Positions 12,287-21,241 of a stretch of DNA of 64,000 bases are shown in pieces (position 1 is the stretch's first letter; each line of letters opens with the position of its first letter). The stretch comes from Kofleriaceae bacterium (GTDB lineage: Bacteria > Myxococcota_A > Polyangia > Haliangiales > Haliangiaceae): positions 192,001 through 256,000 of the forward strand of contig CBDCCZ010000042.1 of NCBI GenBank assembly GCA_965215005.1, given 5' to 3'. The notes below the pieces were generated by a model that saw nothing but the letters and a program-made list of their open reading frames with translations, was not told where the DNA came from and searched no databases. The position numbers were made by a program, and so were the translations under genes.

Positions 12287-13723
12287 ATGTTGACTGTCTC
12301 TAACGTGTCCCACGCCCTCCGAGTCGCGATCACCGCCGCGACGCTATGTGTGAGCGCCTGCTCGTCCATCCAATTCGAAGATGGCGTCATTGCCTGCGGC
12401 GAAGCCGGCTGCCCCTCAGGGCTGCAGTGCGCCGCCGATGGCACCTGCCGCCGCTCCCCGCTTGGCGCTGCGGATGGCGCGCCAGAGGACGTCTTCGATG
12501 GTGGCGTGCCCGACGGGCGCACCAGCGACCCCGACCCCGACGCCTCGACACCTGAGGCCGATGGCGGCGTCATGGCCGAGGGCTGCGGCAAAACCACTCT
12601 CATCGCCGATGACTTCGACGACGGAATCCGCGACCCGATTTGGCGCGACTCGACGGGCGGCCCCCAGCTGGCCGAGGTCGACGGCGTGGCCCGCATCTCG
12701 GTCACCGGTCAAGGCTTTGCCAAATATCGCAGCGGGCTCGGCTATGACCTCACCGATTCCTACATCGCCGTCGAAGTCCCGCGCCTGCAAATCTTCGAGC
12801 AGGCTTCGGCGCTCCTCGGTATCGACTTCCGGTTCCCCAACGGCGAGGAGGGCAAGCTGCGGCTGCGCTATAAGAGCGGTCAGCTCGAAGGGCTCTTCGC
12901 GGTCGAGGGTAACCAGCTCACGATGTTCGGCGCGGTGCCTTACGAGCCCGTGGCGCATCGCTGGTGGCGCATCCGCGAGAGCGGCGGCACGGTCTACTTC
13001 GAGGCCTCCGCAAACGGCTCCCAATGGCAGCGCATCACCTCCGGCCCCGCGCCCTTTGCGCTCACGCACGTGCAAGTGCGCTTCATGGTCGGCAGCGACG
13101 ACCCGACCACCACCACCAGCAGCGCTGACTTCGATAACTTCAACGGCGGCACGCCGCAGGGCAGTCGTTGCGCCCTCTCGTCCTTGCGCGACGACTTCAG
13201 CGACTACATCGCGACGCTAGCGCAGGTCTTCACCTGGCAATCCGGCGACTGCTCGATCGACCCAAACGGCGGCCGCTTCAGCATTCGCTTCGTCCCCGGC
13301 GGCAATGCCTCGTGCGGGATGTACACCCGCAACGGCTATGACGGCCGCAACGCAGGACTTACCGTTCAGGTTCCAGAAGCAACCCCCAGCGGGTACACCT
13401 TCATCAAGCTCGACACCTTGGCCGGCGACTACGCCGAGATCGTCATCGATAGCGGCCAGGTGCGAGTGCGCACCCTGCGACAAGGCGGAAACGTCAACCA
13501 ACCGCTGTCGATGACCTACAACCCCGGAGCGCATCGCTGGTTCCGCTTTGGCGGCGATGAGGGCCGGCTCCTTCTCGAGGTCTCGAGCAACGCCACCACT
13601 TGGCAACGGATCTCGCTCGGCCCGCTGCCCTTCGACTTCTCGGCCGTTCGCCCCGCTCTTGGCGCCGGCGATGGCACCAGCACCGCGTCCACGACCAGCT
13701 TCGACGATATCGGCGGCCCGTAG
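12287..13723 (+). CDS. Lipoprotein with a Cys-rich motif and two repeated beta-sandwich (lectin-like) domains
   Basis: Lipobox VSAC; CPSGLQCAADGTC; internal repeat YEPVAHRWWRIRE...EASANGSQW / YNPGAHRWFRF...EVSSNATTW. Confidence 0.65.
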   Translation: MLTVSNVSHALRVAITAATLCVSACSSIQFEDGVIACGEAGCPSGLQCAADGTCRRSPLGAADGAPEDVFDGGVPDGRTSDPDPDASTPEADGGVMAEGCGKTTLIADDFDDGIRDPIWRDSTGGPQLAEVDGVARISVTGQGFAKYRSGLGYDLTDSYIAVEVPRLQIFEQASALLGIDFRFPNGEEGKLRLRYKSGQLEGLFAVEGNQLTMFGAVPYEPVAHRWWRIRESGGTVYFEASANGSQWQRITSGPAPFALTHVQVRFMVGSDDPTTTTSSADFDNFNGGTPQGSRCALSSLRDDFSDYIATLAQVFTWQSGDCSIDPNGGRFSIRFVPGGNASCGMYTRNGYDGRNAGLTVQVPEATPSGYTFIKLDTLAGDYAEIVIDSGQVRVRTLRQGGNVNQPLSMTYNPGAHRWFRFGGDEGRLLLEVSSNATTWQRISLGPLPFDFSAVRPALGAGDGTSTASTTSFDDIGGP

Positions 13724-13839
13724 ACTCCTCTAGCCCATTCCTAGCTCCTCTGCCCACGCTTGCGTGGACCAGCAGCCCTACGTAAGCTCCGGCGCTCGGT
13801 CGCTCATGGAAGTACTGCGGCCATCGCCGCTTCGACTCC

Positions 13840-15255
13840 ATGAACTTCGCGACCCCCTCGTTTCTGGGCTTCTTGCTGCTGGTCTACGTCCTGTACTGGC
13901 GACTCGGCCGGCGCGCGCAGAACGTTCTCTTGCTGGTCGCCAGCTTGTTCTTTTACGGCTACTGGGACTGGCGGTTCTTGCCGCTCATCCTCGGCTCCGG
14001 GCTCGTGGACTACGTCGTCGGCCTGCAGCTCGCCAAGACAGATGACAAGCGGCGTCGGCAACGATGGCTCGCGGTCTCGCTAGTCGCCAATCTCGGTACG
14101 CTGGGCGTTTTCAAGTACCTCGGGTTCCTCGTCGACAGCACCCAGAGCTTTCTGACGACGATCGGCCTCCACAGCAGCCCCTACTCGCTCGACATCATCC
14201 TGCCGCTCGGCATCTCCTTCTACACCTTTCAAACACTCAGCTACACCATCGATGTCTATCGGCGCACGCTCGAGCCCACCCGCGACCTCGTCCAGTTTCT
14301 CGCCTTCGTCACCTTCTTTCCCCAGCTCGTCGCGGGGCCCATCGAGCGCGCAAAAAACCTCCTCGAGCAGCTGGCCAAAAATCGGGCCTTTCACTGGAAT
14401 GCCGCTGCCGATGGCTGCCGACAGATGCTGTGGGGCTTCTTCAAGAAGATGGTCGTCGCCGATTCCCTGGCCGCCTACGTCGATGCCGCCTACGCCAATC
14501 CGGCGGCGACGACTGGTTGGCAGCTCACCTGGGCGACCTACTTCTTCGCCATTCAGATCTACTGCGACTTCTCGGGCTACTCAGACATCGCGATCGGCTG
14601 CGCCCGCCTCTTCGACTTCCGCTTGATGCGAAACTTCGCCTATCCCTACTTCGCCGTCGGCATCGCTGACTTCTGGCGGCGATGGCACATCTCTCTCACC
14701 ACCTGGTTTCGCGACTACGTCTACATTCCCCTGGGCGGCCGCCGCGTATCCCGCGGCACCTACGCGCGCAACATCTTCATCGTCTTTCTCTTGAGCGGTG
14801 TCTGGCACGGCGCCAACTGGACGTTCGTGATCTGGGGGCTGGTGCATTGGCTGCTGTTCATGGTCGCGCTCGGCTACGGTCGCTTGCGCCCAGCGCCTTC
14901 CACGCAGAGCAGGCTCGGCTACGGCCAGGCGCTGCTGCGCGCGCTCCTCATCTTTCACCTCGTCACCTTCGCGTGGATCTTTTTCCGCGCCAACAGTCTC
15001 ACCGATGCCGTCGTGGTGATCGACGGCATCGCTGCCGCGATCACCGGCGAAGCGATGGTGTTGCCGCCGCTGCGACTCGTCGCCGTTTGCGGGGCAATGC
15101 TCGCGGTCGAGTGGCTGCAGCGTAAGCGCGCCCATGGCCTCGACCTCGGGCGCTTGCGCGCTCCGCTTCGCTGGCTGATCTATTACGCCGTCCTCGCCAG
15201 CATCTTGCTGCTGAGCTCGCTGCAGACGGTCTCGTTCATCTACTTCCAGTTCTGA
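13840..15255 (+). CDS. MBOAT-family O-acyltransferase (AlgI/DltB/PatA-like)
   Basis: LPLGISFYTFQ, FFPQLVAGPIER, DFSGYSDIA, FWRRWHISL, LSGVWHGA. Confidence 0.95.
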   Translation: MNFATPSFLGFLLLVYVLYWRLGRRAQNVLLLVASLFFYGYWDWRFLPLILGSGLVDYVVGLQLAKTDDKRRRQRWLAVSLVANLGTLGVFKYLGFLVDSTQSFLTTIGLHSSPYSLDIILPLGISFYTFQTLSYTIDVYRRTLEPTRDLVQFLAFVTFFPQLVAGPIERAKNLLEQLAKNRAFHWNAAADGCRQMLWGFFKKMVVADSLAAYVDAAYANPAATTGWQLTWATYFFAIQIYCDFSGYSDIAIGCARLFDFRLMRNFAYPYFAVGIADFWRRWHISLTTWFRDYVYIPLGGRRVSRGTYARNIFIVFLLSGVWHGANWTFVIWGLVHWLLFMVALGYGRLRPAPSTQSRLGYGQALLRALLIFHLVTFAWIFFRANSLTDAVVVIDGIAAAITGEAMVLPPLRLVAVCGAMLAVEWLQRKRAHGLDLGRLRAPLRWLIYYAVLASILLLSSLQTVSFIYFQF

Positions 15256-15262
15256 GGCGATC

Positions 15263-16591
15263 GTGACGAAACCCGGCCCCTACCGCTTCCTCGGCCGCGC
15301 CCTGCTGTTCTTGCTACCGGTGCTGCTCCTCCTCTCGCTCGCCGAGGCGATTCTGCTTCGCGGGCGCGAGATTTGGCCGGTCGACCAGGTGCTCGCCTAC
15401 CAAGCCAACCACCCGGATGCGCTGTTCTTGCGCCGCTTCATGACCCAGGAGCTGCAGCGCTACAAATACCGCGGGATCCTCGCAAATAACCCCGACATTG
15501 TGGTGTTGGGCTCGTCTCGGGTGATGCGGCTACGGGCGCTGATGTTCGGCCCCCACGCCAACGTCTACAACGCAGGAGGCATTCTGCAAGCCGCAGGCGA
15601 CCTCGAAGAGCTCGCGAAACGGCTTCCAGAGGCGTCGCTGCCGCGGGTGGCGCTGATAGGCGTCGACGAGTGGTGGCTCAGCGGCCGGTACGTTCCGGGG
15701 GCGGCGCCGCTTGCAGAAGCGCTCGAGCGCGAGCCGACGCGAGATTGGCAGGCGCATCTGCATGCGATCCGCAACCTCGTTCGCTATGCGAGCGCGCATT
15801 CGCGCTTCGTGACCAACGCGATGCGGGGTGTGCCGCCAGACGTCATTGGCTGGGCCGCGACCACCGGCAACGCGTTTCGCGCCGATGGCAGCCTTCATGA
15901 CACCTACGAGGTGCCAACCACCGCCGAAGAGTGGGTGTTTCGCGACCGCGAAGAGCCGCGGGTCGCCGAGCGCATTGACCGTAGTCTGCTGCAATTCGTG
16001 CGCACCAATCACGTCTCGATGGAGGCGCTCGCCAGCTTGCGCCGCGGCTTCGCGATGCTGCGCCGGCGCGGGGTCGCCGTCATCGCGTATCTGCCGCCGA
16101 TGTGCCGCGACATCCGCACCAAGCTGCGCAGCGATCCGGACTGGGCGATGTTCCTCGACGAGCTCGATGTTGCCCTGCCGCGATCACTACGCCGCCGCCG
16201 GATTCAGGACGCGGAAATCCGCCGCCCCGAGGCGGGGCAAGGGCGGCCGATTTCTGCTACTCACGCGCCCCCTTCGGCGTCTCCCCAAACGATTGTTGCT
16301 TGGCTACCGGCCGACCAAGCGCCCCTCTGGTTCGACTTCCGCGCGACCGAGAGCCTGGGCCTCGACGATCGGTATCTGGTCGATTGCCTCCATGCCGTGG
16401 AGACGTTTCACGTCCACATGCTGCGTCGCATGACGGCTGATCCTCGGGTCCGCGAGCTGCTTGGCGAGCTCGAAACCACCGCAGACGCGCTGCTAGCGGC
16501 GCCGAAAACCAACTTCTGGCACGTCGATGTCGAGGGCGCTGCAGCTGCCGCCGACGCGCCCTTCGACGAGATCGGCGAGCCGCAGCGCTAA
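15263..16591 (+). CDS. SGNH-like (AlgJ/DltD-type) partner of the MBOAT, with an in-frame repeat insertion
   Basis: N-terminal TM anchor; VVLGSSR nucleophile motif; DCLH (DxxH); 7 bp after the MBOAT stop. Confidence 0.65.
   Translation: MTKPGPYRFLGRALLFLLPVLLLLSLAEAILLRGREIWPVDQVLAYQANHPDALFLRRFMTQELQRYKYRGILANNPDIVVLGSSRVMRLRALMFGPHANVYNAGGILQAAGDLEELAKRLPEASLPRVALIGVDEWWLSGRYVPGAAPLAEALEREPTRDWQAHLHAIRNLVRYASAHSRFVTNAMRGVPPDVIGWAATTGNAFRADGSLHDTYEVPTTAEEWVFRDREEPRVAERIDRSLLQFVRTNHVSMEALASLRRGFAMLRRRGVAVIAYLPPMCRDIRTKLRSDPDWAMFLDELDVALPRSLRRRRIQDAEIRRPEAGQGRPISATHAPPSASPQTIVAWLPADQAPLWFDFRATESLGLDDRYLVDCLHAVETFHVHMLRRMTADPRVRELLGELETTADALLAAPKTNFWHVDVEGAAAAADAPFDEIGEPQR
16233..16310 (-). repeat. 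Copy of the dispersed element core inside the SGNH-like CDS
   Basis: The reverse complement of 16233-16293 matches 28467-28527 at 56 of 61 positions (hand alignment). Confidence 0.9.
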
Positions 16592-16615
16592 CGCTCGGTC
16601 ACCCGCTCGGGAAGG

Positions 16616-16767
16616 GAAAACCACCCGCACCTGCGGCGGGTTACGTTGGCGCGATGTTATGAACTGAGGCGACGTGCTCTGAGTTCGCCTCGTCTCTAAG
16701 CTGAAGTCCCCCTGGCCGAATAGCGAAAACCAGTGTACCTGCGGCAGGTTACGCTGGTTTCGCTATT
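16616..16767. repeat. Two related palindromic units; the second forms a long bulged hairpin
   Basis: gaaaacca-cccgc-acctgcggcgggttacgttgg (16616-16649) and gaaaacca-gtgt-acctgcggcaggttacgctgg (16725-16757); 16719-16767 folds AATAGCGAAA...TTTCGCTATT. Confidence 0.75.
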
Positions 16768-16891
16768 ACGGTTCTGTCTACCGGGTGATGGAGCGTAGGA
16801 GTTCGGCTGCCTCTTGTTGAACGGGGGTGGGGATCGTATCGAGTGCGAACGACGGCTCGTTGGGGCCGGCGTCGGCGCGGTATGGTGGGCC

Positions 16892-18169
16892 GTGCACTCG
16901 CTCGCCCTCCGGTGCCTGGTGGCGTTCGCGCTCTTGACGAGCTGCCAGGGCGAGGATCTCATCATTGATACCTTCCCGATCCGCTTTGAGCGCAGTACCG
17001 GGCCGGTGCTGCTCGCGGCCACCGTTGGTGCTCCGCTCGGCACCGAGCCCGGCGACGCGCGGCCGGCCCCCGGCGAGCCGTTTTGGCTCAGTATCGACAC
17101 CCTGTCGCCGGTCTCGGTGGTCGATCCATTGGTGCTGTCGGGCGAGCTCGAGCCGGTGCGACGGCGCGACTTGAGCCTCACCCTGATCGCCCCTGCCGAC
17201 GCCGAGCTAGCCGCGGTGCCGCGGGCCCGGCTCGACTCCACCCAGCTCCTCGCGCTCCACCCATGCGCGGCATCCTCCGAGCTTTGCGAGCTAGGCACCG
17301 GCGACAACCGGCGGCCCATCGGCGCGATTTTGGGCGCCGACTTGCTCAGTCGAAACGCTCTGCGAGTGGATTTTGCTGCCAGCGAGCTGCGCTTCTTGCC
17401 CGATGTCTCCGGCAACGAAGCCGCTCGCGGCCGCGCCTGTGAAGCGGTGTTTTCCAATCCCTTTCGCGGCGGCGGCACCCTGCGCATTGGCGGCGCCGAG
17501 GTGCCCTACTCCGGTCGCCGCATCGCGGTCGGCAGCTGCGCCGCCTACGACCCCGACGCCACCACCACGGTGCGTCGCGGCGTCGACCTGATGCTCATCC
17601 TCTCCACTGGCACCGGCAGCACCCTCTTGAGTGAGAGCGGCTACGCGCGCTATCGGCTGCAGCGTCCCGAAGCGCCGGCGCTCGAGACGCTGCCAACGAC
17701 CACGGTGTGGCTGCCTTCCGGCCCCGTTCCCGCGCGCCTCGGCACCATCGAGGAGCTTGCCCTGGTGAGCGAGCTGTCGACCGAGCGGGGGCCGTGCCAG
17801 GAGCTCTACGCCAATCAGGTGATGCGCGGCGGCGGCTGCGACCAACCCGGCGCAACCTGCGTTTGCACCTCCAATGACGACACCTTCTGCCGCACCGGGT
17901 CCGCCGTCGAGCCCGCGATGGGCGAGCCGCTCGAGGTCGCCATCATCGCCGACGACAGCCGTGTCCTCCAGGCGCTGCGCAACGAGCTGCGCCCGGCGCT
18001 TCCCGAGGTCGATGGCATCCTCGGCACCCGCGCGCTCGCCAAGCTCGCCGTCGATATCGACTATCCGCATGCCCGCGTCATCATGCGCTGCGCCGATGCG
18101 GGCTGCCGCATTCATCCCGCGGTCCTCGGCAAGCAGAGCCTGCCCTACATCGCGCAATGCGCGCCGTAG
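16892..18169 (+). CDS. Lipoprotein with two retropepsin/aspartyl-protease-like lobes and degenerate catalytic motifs
   Basis: Lipobox LTSC; IDTLS and LSTG in place of DTG; GAILGADLL...RVDF and DGILGTRAL...DIDY motifs. Confidence 0.55.
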   Translation: MHSLALRCLVAFALLTSCQGEDLIIDTFPIRFERSTGPVLLAATVGAPLGTEPGDARPAPGEPFWLSIDTLSPVSVVDPLVLSGELEPVRRRDLSLTLIAPADAELAAVPRARLDSTQLLALHPCAASSELCELGTGDNRRPIGAILGADLLSRNALRVDFAASELRFLPDVSGNEAARGRACEAVFSNPFRGGGTLRIGGAEVPYSGRRIAVGSCAAYDPDATTTVRRGVDLMLILSTGTGSTLLSESGYARYRLQRPEAPALETLPTTTVWLPSGPVPARLGTIEELALVSELSTERGPCQELYANQVMRGGGCDQPGATCVCTSNDDTFCRTGSAVEPAMGEPLEVAIIADDSRVLQALRNELRPALPEVDGILGTRALAKLAVDIDYPHARVIMRCADAGCRIHPAVLGKQSLPYIAQCAP

Positions 18170-18393
18170 CCGCCAAGCGGCGGATGCCGTGGAGCCAGCC
18201 GGGCGTCGCTGTCGCGCAAGCCTTGGCGGTGAGCGCCGCGGTGGCAGCGGCTGTGGTAGCTTCAAGCAACCGTCGCCGCGCGCAGCTCACGATGACCGGT
18301 CTCGATTCTCGCCTCGACACCCGCCCCCGCCGCCGGCTTCCGCTCGGTCCGTGGCGGCCCAGCCGAGCCTGAGCGGCACGGCGCCCAGCGCCC

Positions 18394-19056
18394 ATGGAGT
18401 GGTTCCCGCTCAAGCTCTCGTTTCAGGTCGCCGCCATCTCCACGGTGATCTCGGTGCTGCTCGGCGTCGGTCTGGCAACGCTGCTGGCGACCCGCCGGTT
18501 CTTCGGCCGCGAGCTGCTCGATGCGCTGGTCACCGCGCCGCTGGTGCTACCACCGACGGTCCTTGGCTACTACGTGCTCGTCGCCCTCGGCCGTCGTAGC
18601 GCGGTCGGCCAGCTGTGGGAAGAGGTGTTCGGCTCGCCCATCGTCTTCACCGTCACCGGCGCGGTGGTCGCGGCCACGATCGGCGCGCTGCCGCTGGTCA
18701 TCAAGAGCGCCCGCGCCGCCCTCGAAGGCGTCGATCCAACGCTCGTGCGCGCAGCACGAACCCTCGGCGCCGGTCCCGTGCGCGCCTTCTTCACGGTGAC
18801 CTTGCCACTGGCAGCACCGGGCACCATCGCCGGTGCAATGCTGGGCTTTGCCAAGAGCCTTGGCGACTTTGGCGTCACCCTGATGGTCGCCGGCGACATT
18901 CCCGGCGAGACCCAAACCGCCTCGCTTTTCATCTACGACGCCATTCAAGCCAACAAAGAGGCCCAAGCGCAGGGCATGATCGCGGTGCTCTCCGGCATCG
19001 CTATCGTCACTCTGTATGCAGTCAACAAGCTCACCCGAAGCGACCGTGTCCTCTAA
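18394..19056 (+). CDS. modB: Molybdate ABC transporter permease
   Basis: PLVLPPTVLGYY, AARTLGA (EAA loop), FAKSLGDFG, AGDIPGETQT. Confidence 0.93.
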   Translation: MEWFPLKLSFQVAAISTVISVLLGVGLATLLATRRFFGRELLDALVTAPLVLPPTVLGYYVLVALGRRSAVGQLWEEVFGSPIVFTVTGAVVAATIGALPLVIKSARAALEGVDPTLVRAARTLGAGPVRAFFTVTLPLAAPGTIAGAMLGFAKSLGDFGVTLMVAGDIPGETQTASLFIYDAIQANKEAQAQGMIAVLSGIAIVTLYAVNKLTRSDRVL

Positions 19057-19834
19057 CGGTCCTCTGCGCGTGCGGGTCAAGCTCCACCGTCAGGGCCACC
19101 GCGATGGTGGCGGGCGCGCGGCTCCCTTCGAGCTCGACGTCGAGCTCGAGGCGCCGCCGGGCATCACCATCTTGTTCGGCCGCTCGGGCTCCGGCAAGAG
19201 CACGATCCTGCAGGCCATCGCCGGTCTGGTGCGCCCCGATGCCGGCCGCATTGCGCTCGGCGAGGAGGTCTGGTTCGACGGCAGCACGCGCACCGATCGG
19301 CCGGTGCACACCCGCCACGTCGCGTACGTGTTTCAGTCGCTGGCGCTGTTTCCTCATCTCACCGCGCTCGGCAACGTCGGCTACGGCATGCCCAAAGGCA
19401 TGTCGCGTAGCGAACGAAACGATCGGGCCGGGGCGTTGCTCGAGCGCGTCGGCGTGCGCCACTTGGCGCGGCGCAAGCCACCGACCTATTCCGGCGGTGA
19501 GGCACAGCGCGTCGCACTGGCGCGCGCGTTGGCCATGTCGCCGCGCGTGGTGCTCCTCGACGAGCCGTTTTCGGCGCTCGACCGCGAGCTGCGCATTCAG
19601 CTTGCAGGCTTGGTTCGCGAGCTCGTCGACGAGTATCACCTGCCCCTGTTGCAGGTCACCCACAACCACGGTGAGGCGCGCGCGCTGGGCGACTGGGTCA
19701 TCCGTCTCGATGACGGCAAGGTAGTCGAGCGCGGCGGCGTCGCGGAGATCCTCGGCGAGACCCGGCGCTCGCCTGCGCAGCCGCGCATGGATGACATCGG
19801 CCGCACCCCAATGCCGCAGCTGCGTCGGCGCTAA
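19046..19834 (+). CDS. modC: Molybdate ABC transporter ATP-binding subunit (no TOBE tail)
   Basis: GRSGSGKS Walker A, YSGGEAQRV, LLDEPF, VTH; coupled to modB. Confidence 0.85.
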   Translation: MSSNGPLRVRVKLHRQGHRDGGGRAAPFELDVELEAPPGITILFGRSGSGKSTILQAIAGLVRPDAGRIALGEEVWFDGSTRTDRPVHTRHVAYVFQSLALFPHLTALGNVGYGMPKGMSRSERNDRAGALLERVGVRHLARRKPPTYSGGEAQRVALARALAMSPRVVLLDEPFSALDRELRIQLAGLVRELVDEYHLPLLQVTHNHGEARALGDWVIRLDDGKVVERGGVAEILGETRRSPAQPRMDDIGRTPMPQLRRR

Positions 19835-19870
19835 GCGATGCGCAGCAGGCGTTTTCGAGGCCAGATTTCC

Positions 19871-19906
19871 AGCCTCTAGCCTCTAGCCTCTAGCCTCTAG
19901 CCTCTA
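19871..19906. repeat. Heptamer tandem repeat (AGCCTCT)x5 between convergent modC and aroA
   Basis: agcctct repeated five times; the last unit contains the aroA stop codon on the minus strand. Confidence 0.95.
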
Positions 19907-21241
19907 CGCGTCGCGGATGTCGGCGCCCAGCGAGCGCAGCAGCGCAGCAAAGCTCGGAAATGACGTCGCAACGTTGTCGGCGTCTTCGATGCGGCTCTCG
20001 CCGTCAGCAACCAGCGCTGCGACCGCCGCCGCCATAGCGATGCGATGATCACCGGCGGCATCCACCCGCGCAGCGCGCAGCGGCCCCTCTTGACCATGGA
20101 CGAGCAGCCCGGCCGGTTGCTCTTCGACGCGCACGCCAAAGGCGCGCAACATGGCCGCGGTGGTGGCGATCCGATCGGATTCCTTGACCCGCAGCTCCTG
20201 CGCATCGCGAAACCGCGTGACGCCGCGCGCCCGCGCCGCGACCACCGCCAAGATCGGCAGCTCGTCGATGGCCCGCACCGTGAGCGCCCCCGCGACCTCG
20301 GTGGCGACCAGCGCATCCCCGGCACCACGACTGACAGTGAGATCGGCGGTGGGCTCACCGGTTCCTGCATTGCGAGCCTGCTTCTCGACGCGCGCGCCCA
20401 TGGCCGCCAATGCGTCGAGGAACCCGGTTCTGGTGGGATTGACGCAGACGTCGGCCACGGTGACCCGCTCCGCGCCCACCAGCAGCGCCGCAGCAATGAC
20501 GAAGGCCGCAGACGATGGATCGCCGGGCACCGCGAGTCGCTCGACGCGCAGCTGCCGCTGCCAGTTGCGTGGATCGATTTCCAGGACGCCATCGCGCACC
20601 TGCAGCGGCGCGCCCAAGTGCAAGAGCATGCGCTCGGTGTGATCGCGGCTGGGACCGGGCTCGGAGACCCGCGTGACGCCGCGGGCGTACAAAGCGGCCA
20701 AAACGATCGCGCTCTTTACCTGCGCCGAAGCCATCGGCAACGCGTAGTCGATGCCCTGGAGCTCGCGGCCGTGCACCACGAGCGGCGGGTACAGCTCGCC
20801 AGTTTTCTGGCCTTTGGCGCCTTCGAAGCGGGCGCCCATTTGGCCCAGCGGCTCGCTCACCCGCCCCATAGGTCGACTCGAAAGCGACGCATCACCGACC
20901 AGCTCGGTGGTGAAACGTTGACCCGCCAACAGGCCCGCTAGCAGCCGCATGGTGGTACCGGAGTTGCCGCAGTCGATCGCTTCGGTCGGCACGCTCAGCC
21001 CATCGACGCCAACGCCATGGACGATCAGCTCATCGCCCTCACGCGCGAGCTCGACGCCGAGCTGCGCAATGGCTTTGCCGGTGCGGCCGTTGTCGGCGCC
21101 GGCTGAAAGGCCGGAGATTCGGACCGAGCCCGAGCACAGCGCCGCAAACAGCAGCGCGCGGTGGCCAATGGACTTATCGCCGGGCACGCAGACGTGACCG
21201 AGCAGCGGCCGGGTAGCCGGCGCAACCAGCAATGCGCTCAT
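19904..21241 (-). CDS. aroA: 3-phosphoshikimate 1-carboxyvinyltransferase (class II EPSP synthase)
   Basis: PGDKSIGHR, CGNSGTTMR, SAQVKS, RDHTE, RVKESDR, DHRIAM. Confidence 0.97.
   Translation of the reverse strand: MSALLVAPATRPLLGHVCVPGDKSIGHRALLFAALCSGSVRISGLSAGADNGRTGKAIAQLGVELAREGDELIVHGVGVDGLSVPTEAIDCGNSGTTMRLLAGLLAGQRFTTELVGDASLSSRPMGRVSEPLGQMGARFEGAKGQKTGELYPPLVVHGRELQGIDYALPMASAQVKSAIVLAALYARGVTRVSEPGPSRDHTERMLLHLGAPLQVRDGVLEIDPRNWQRQLRVERLAVPGDPSSAAFVIAAALLVGAERVTVADVCVNPTRTGFLDALAAMGARVEKQARNAGTGEPTADLTVSRGAGDALVATEVAGALTVRAIDELPILAVVAARARGVTRFRDAQELRVKESDRIATTAAMLRAFGVRVEEQPAGLLVHGQEGPLRAARVDAAGDHRIAMAAAVAALVADGESRIEDADNVATSFPSFAALLRSLGADIRDA

Noticed and set aside
16616..16767. 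Possible CRISPR mini-array or integron attC site
   Set aside because: Only two divergent units with a ~75-bp gap and no cas genes. No proper RYYYAAC/GTTRRRY ends enclose the stem and there is no integrase. Kept only as an unexplained palindrome.
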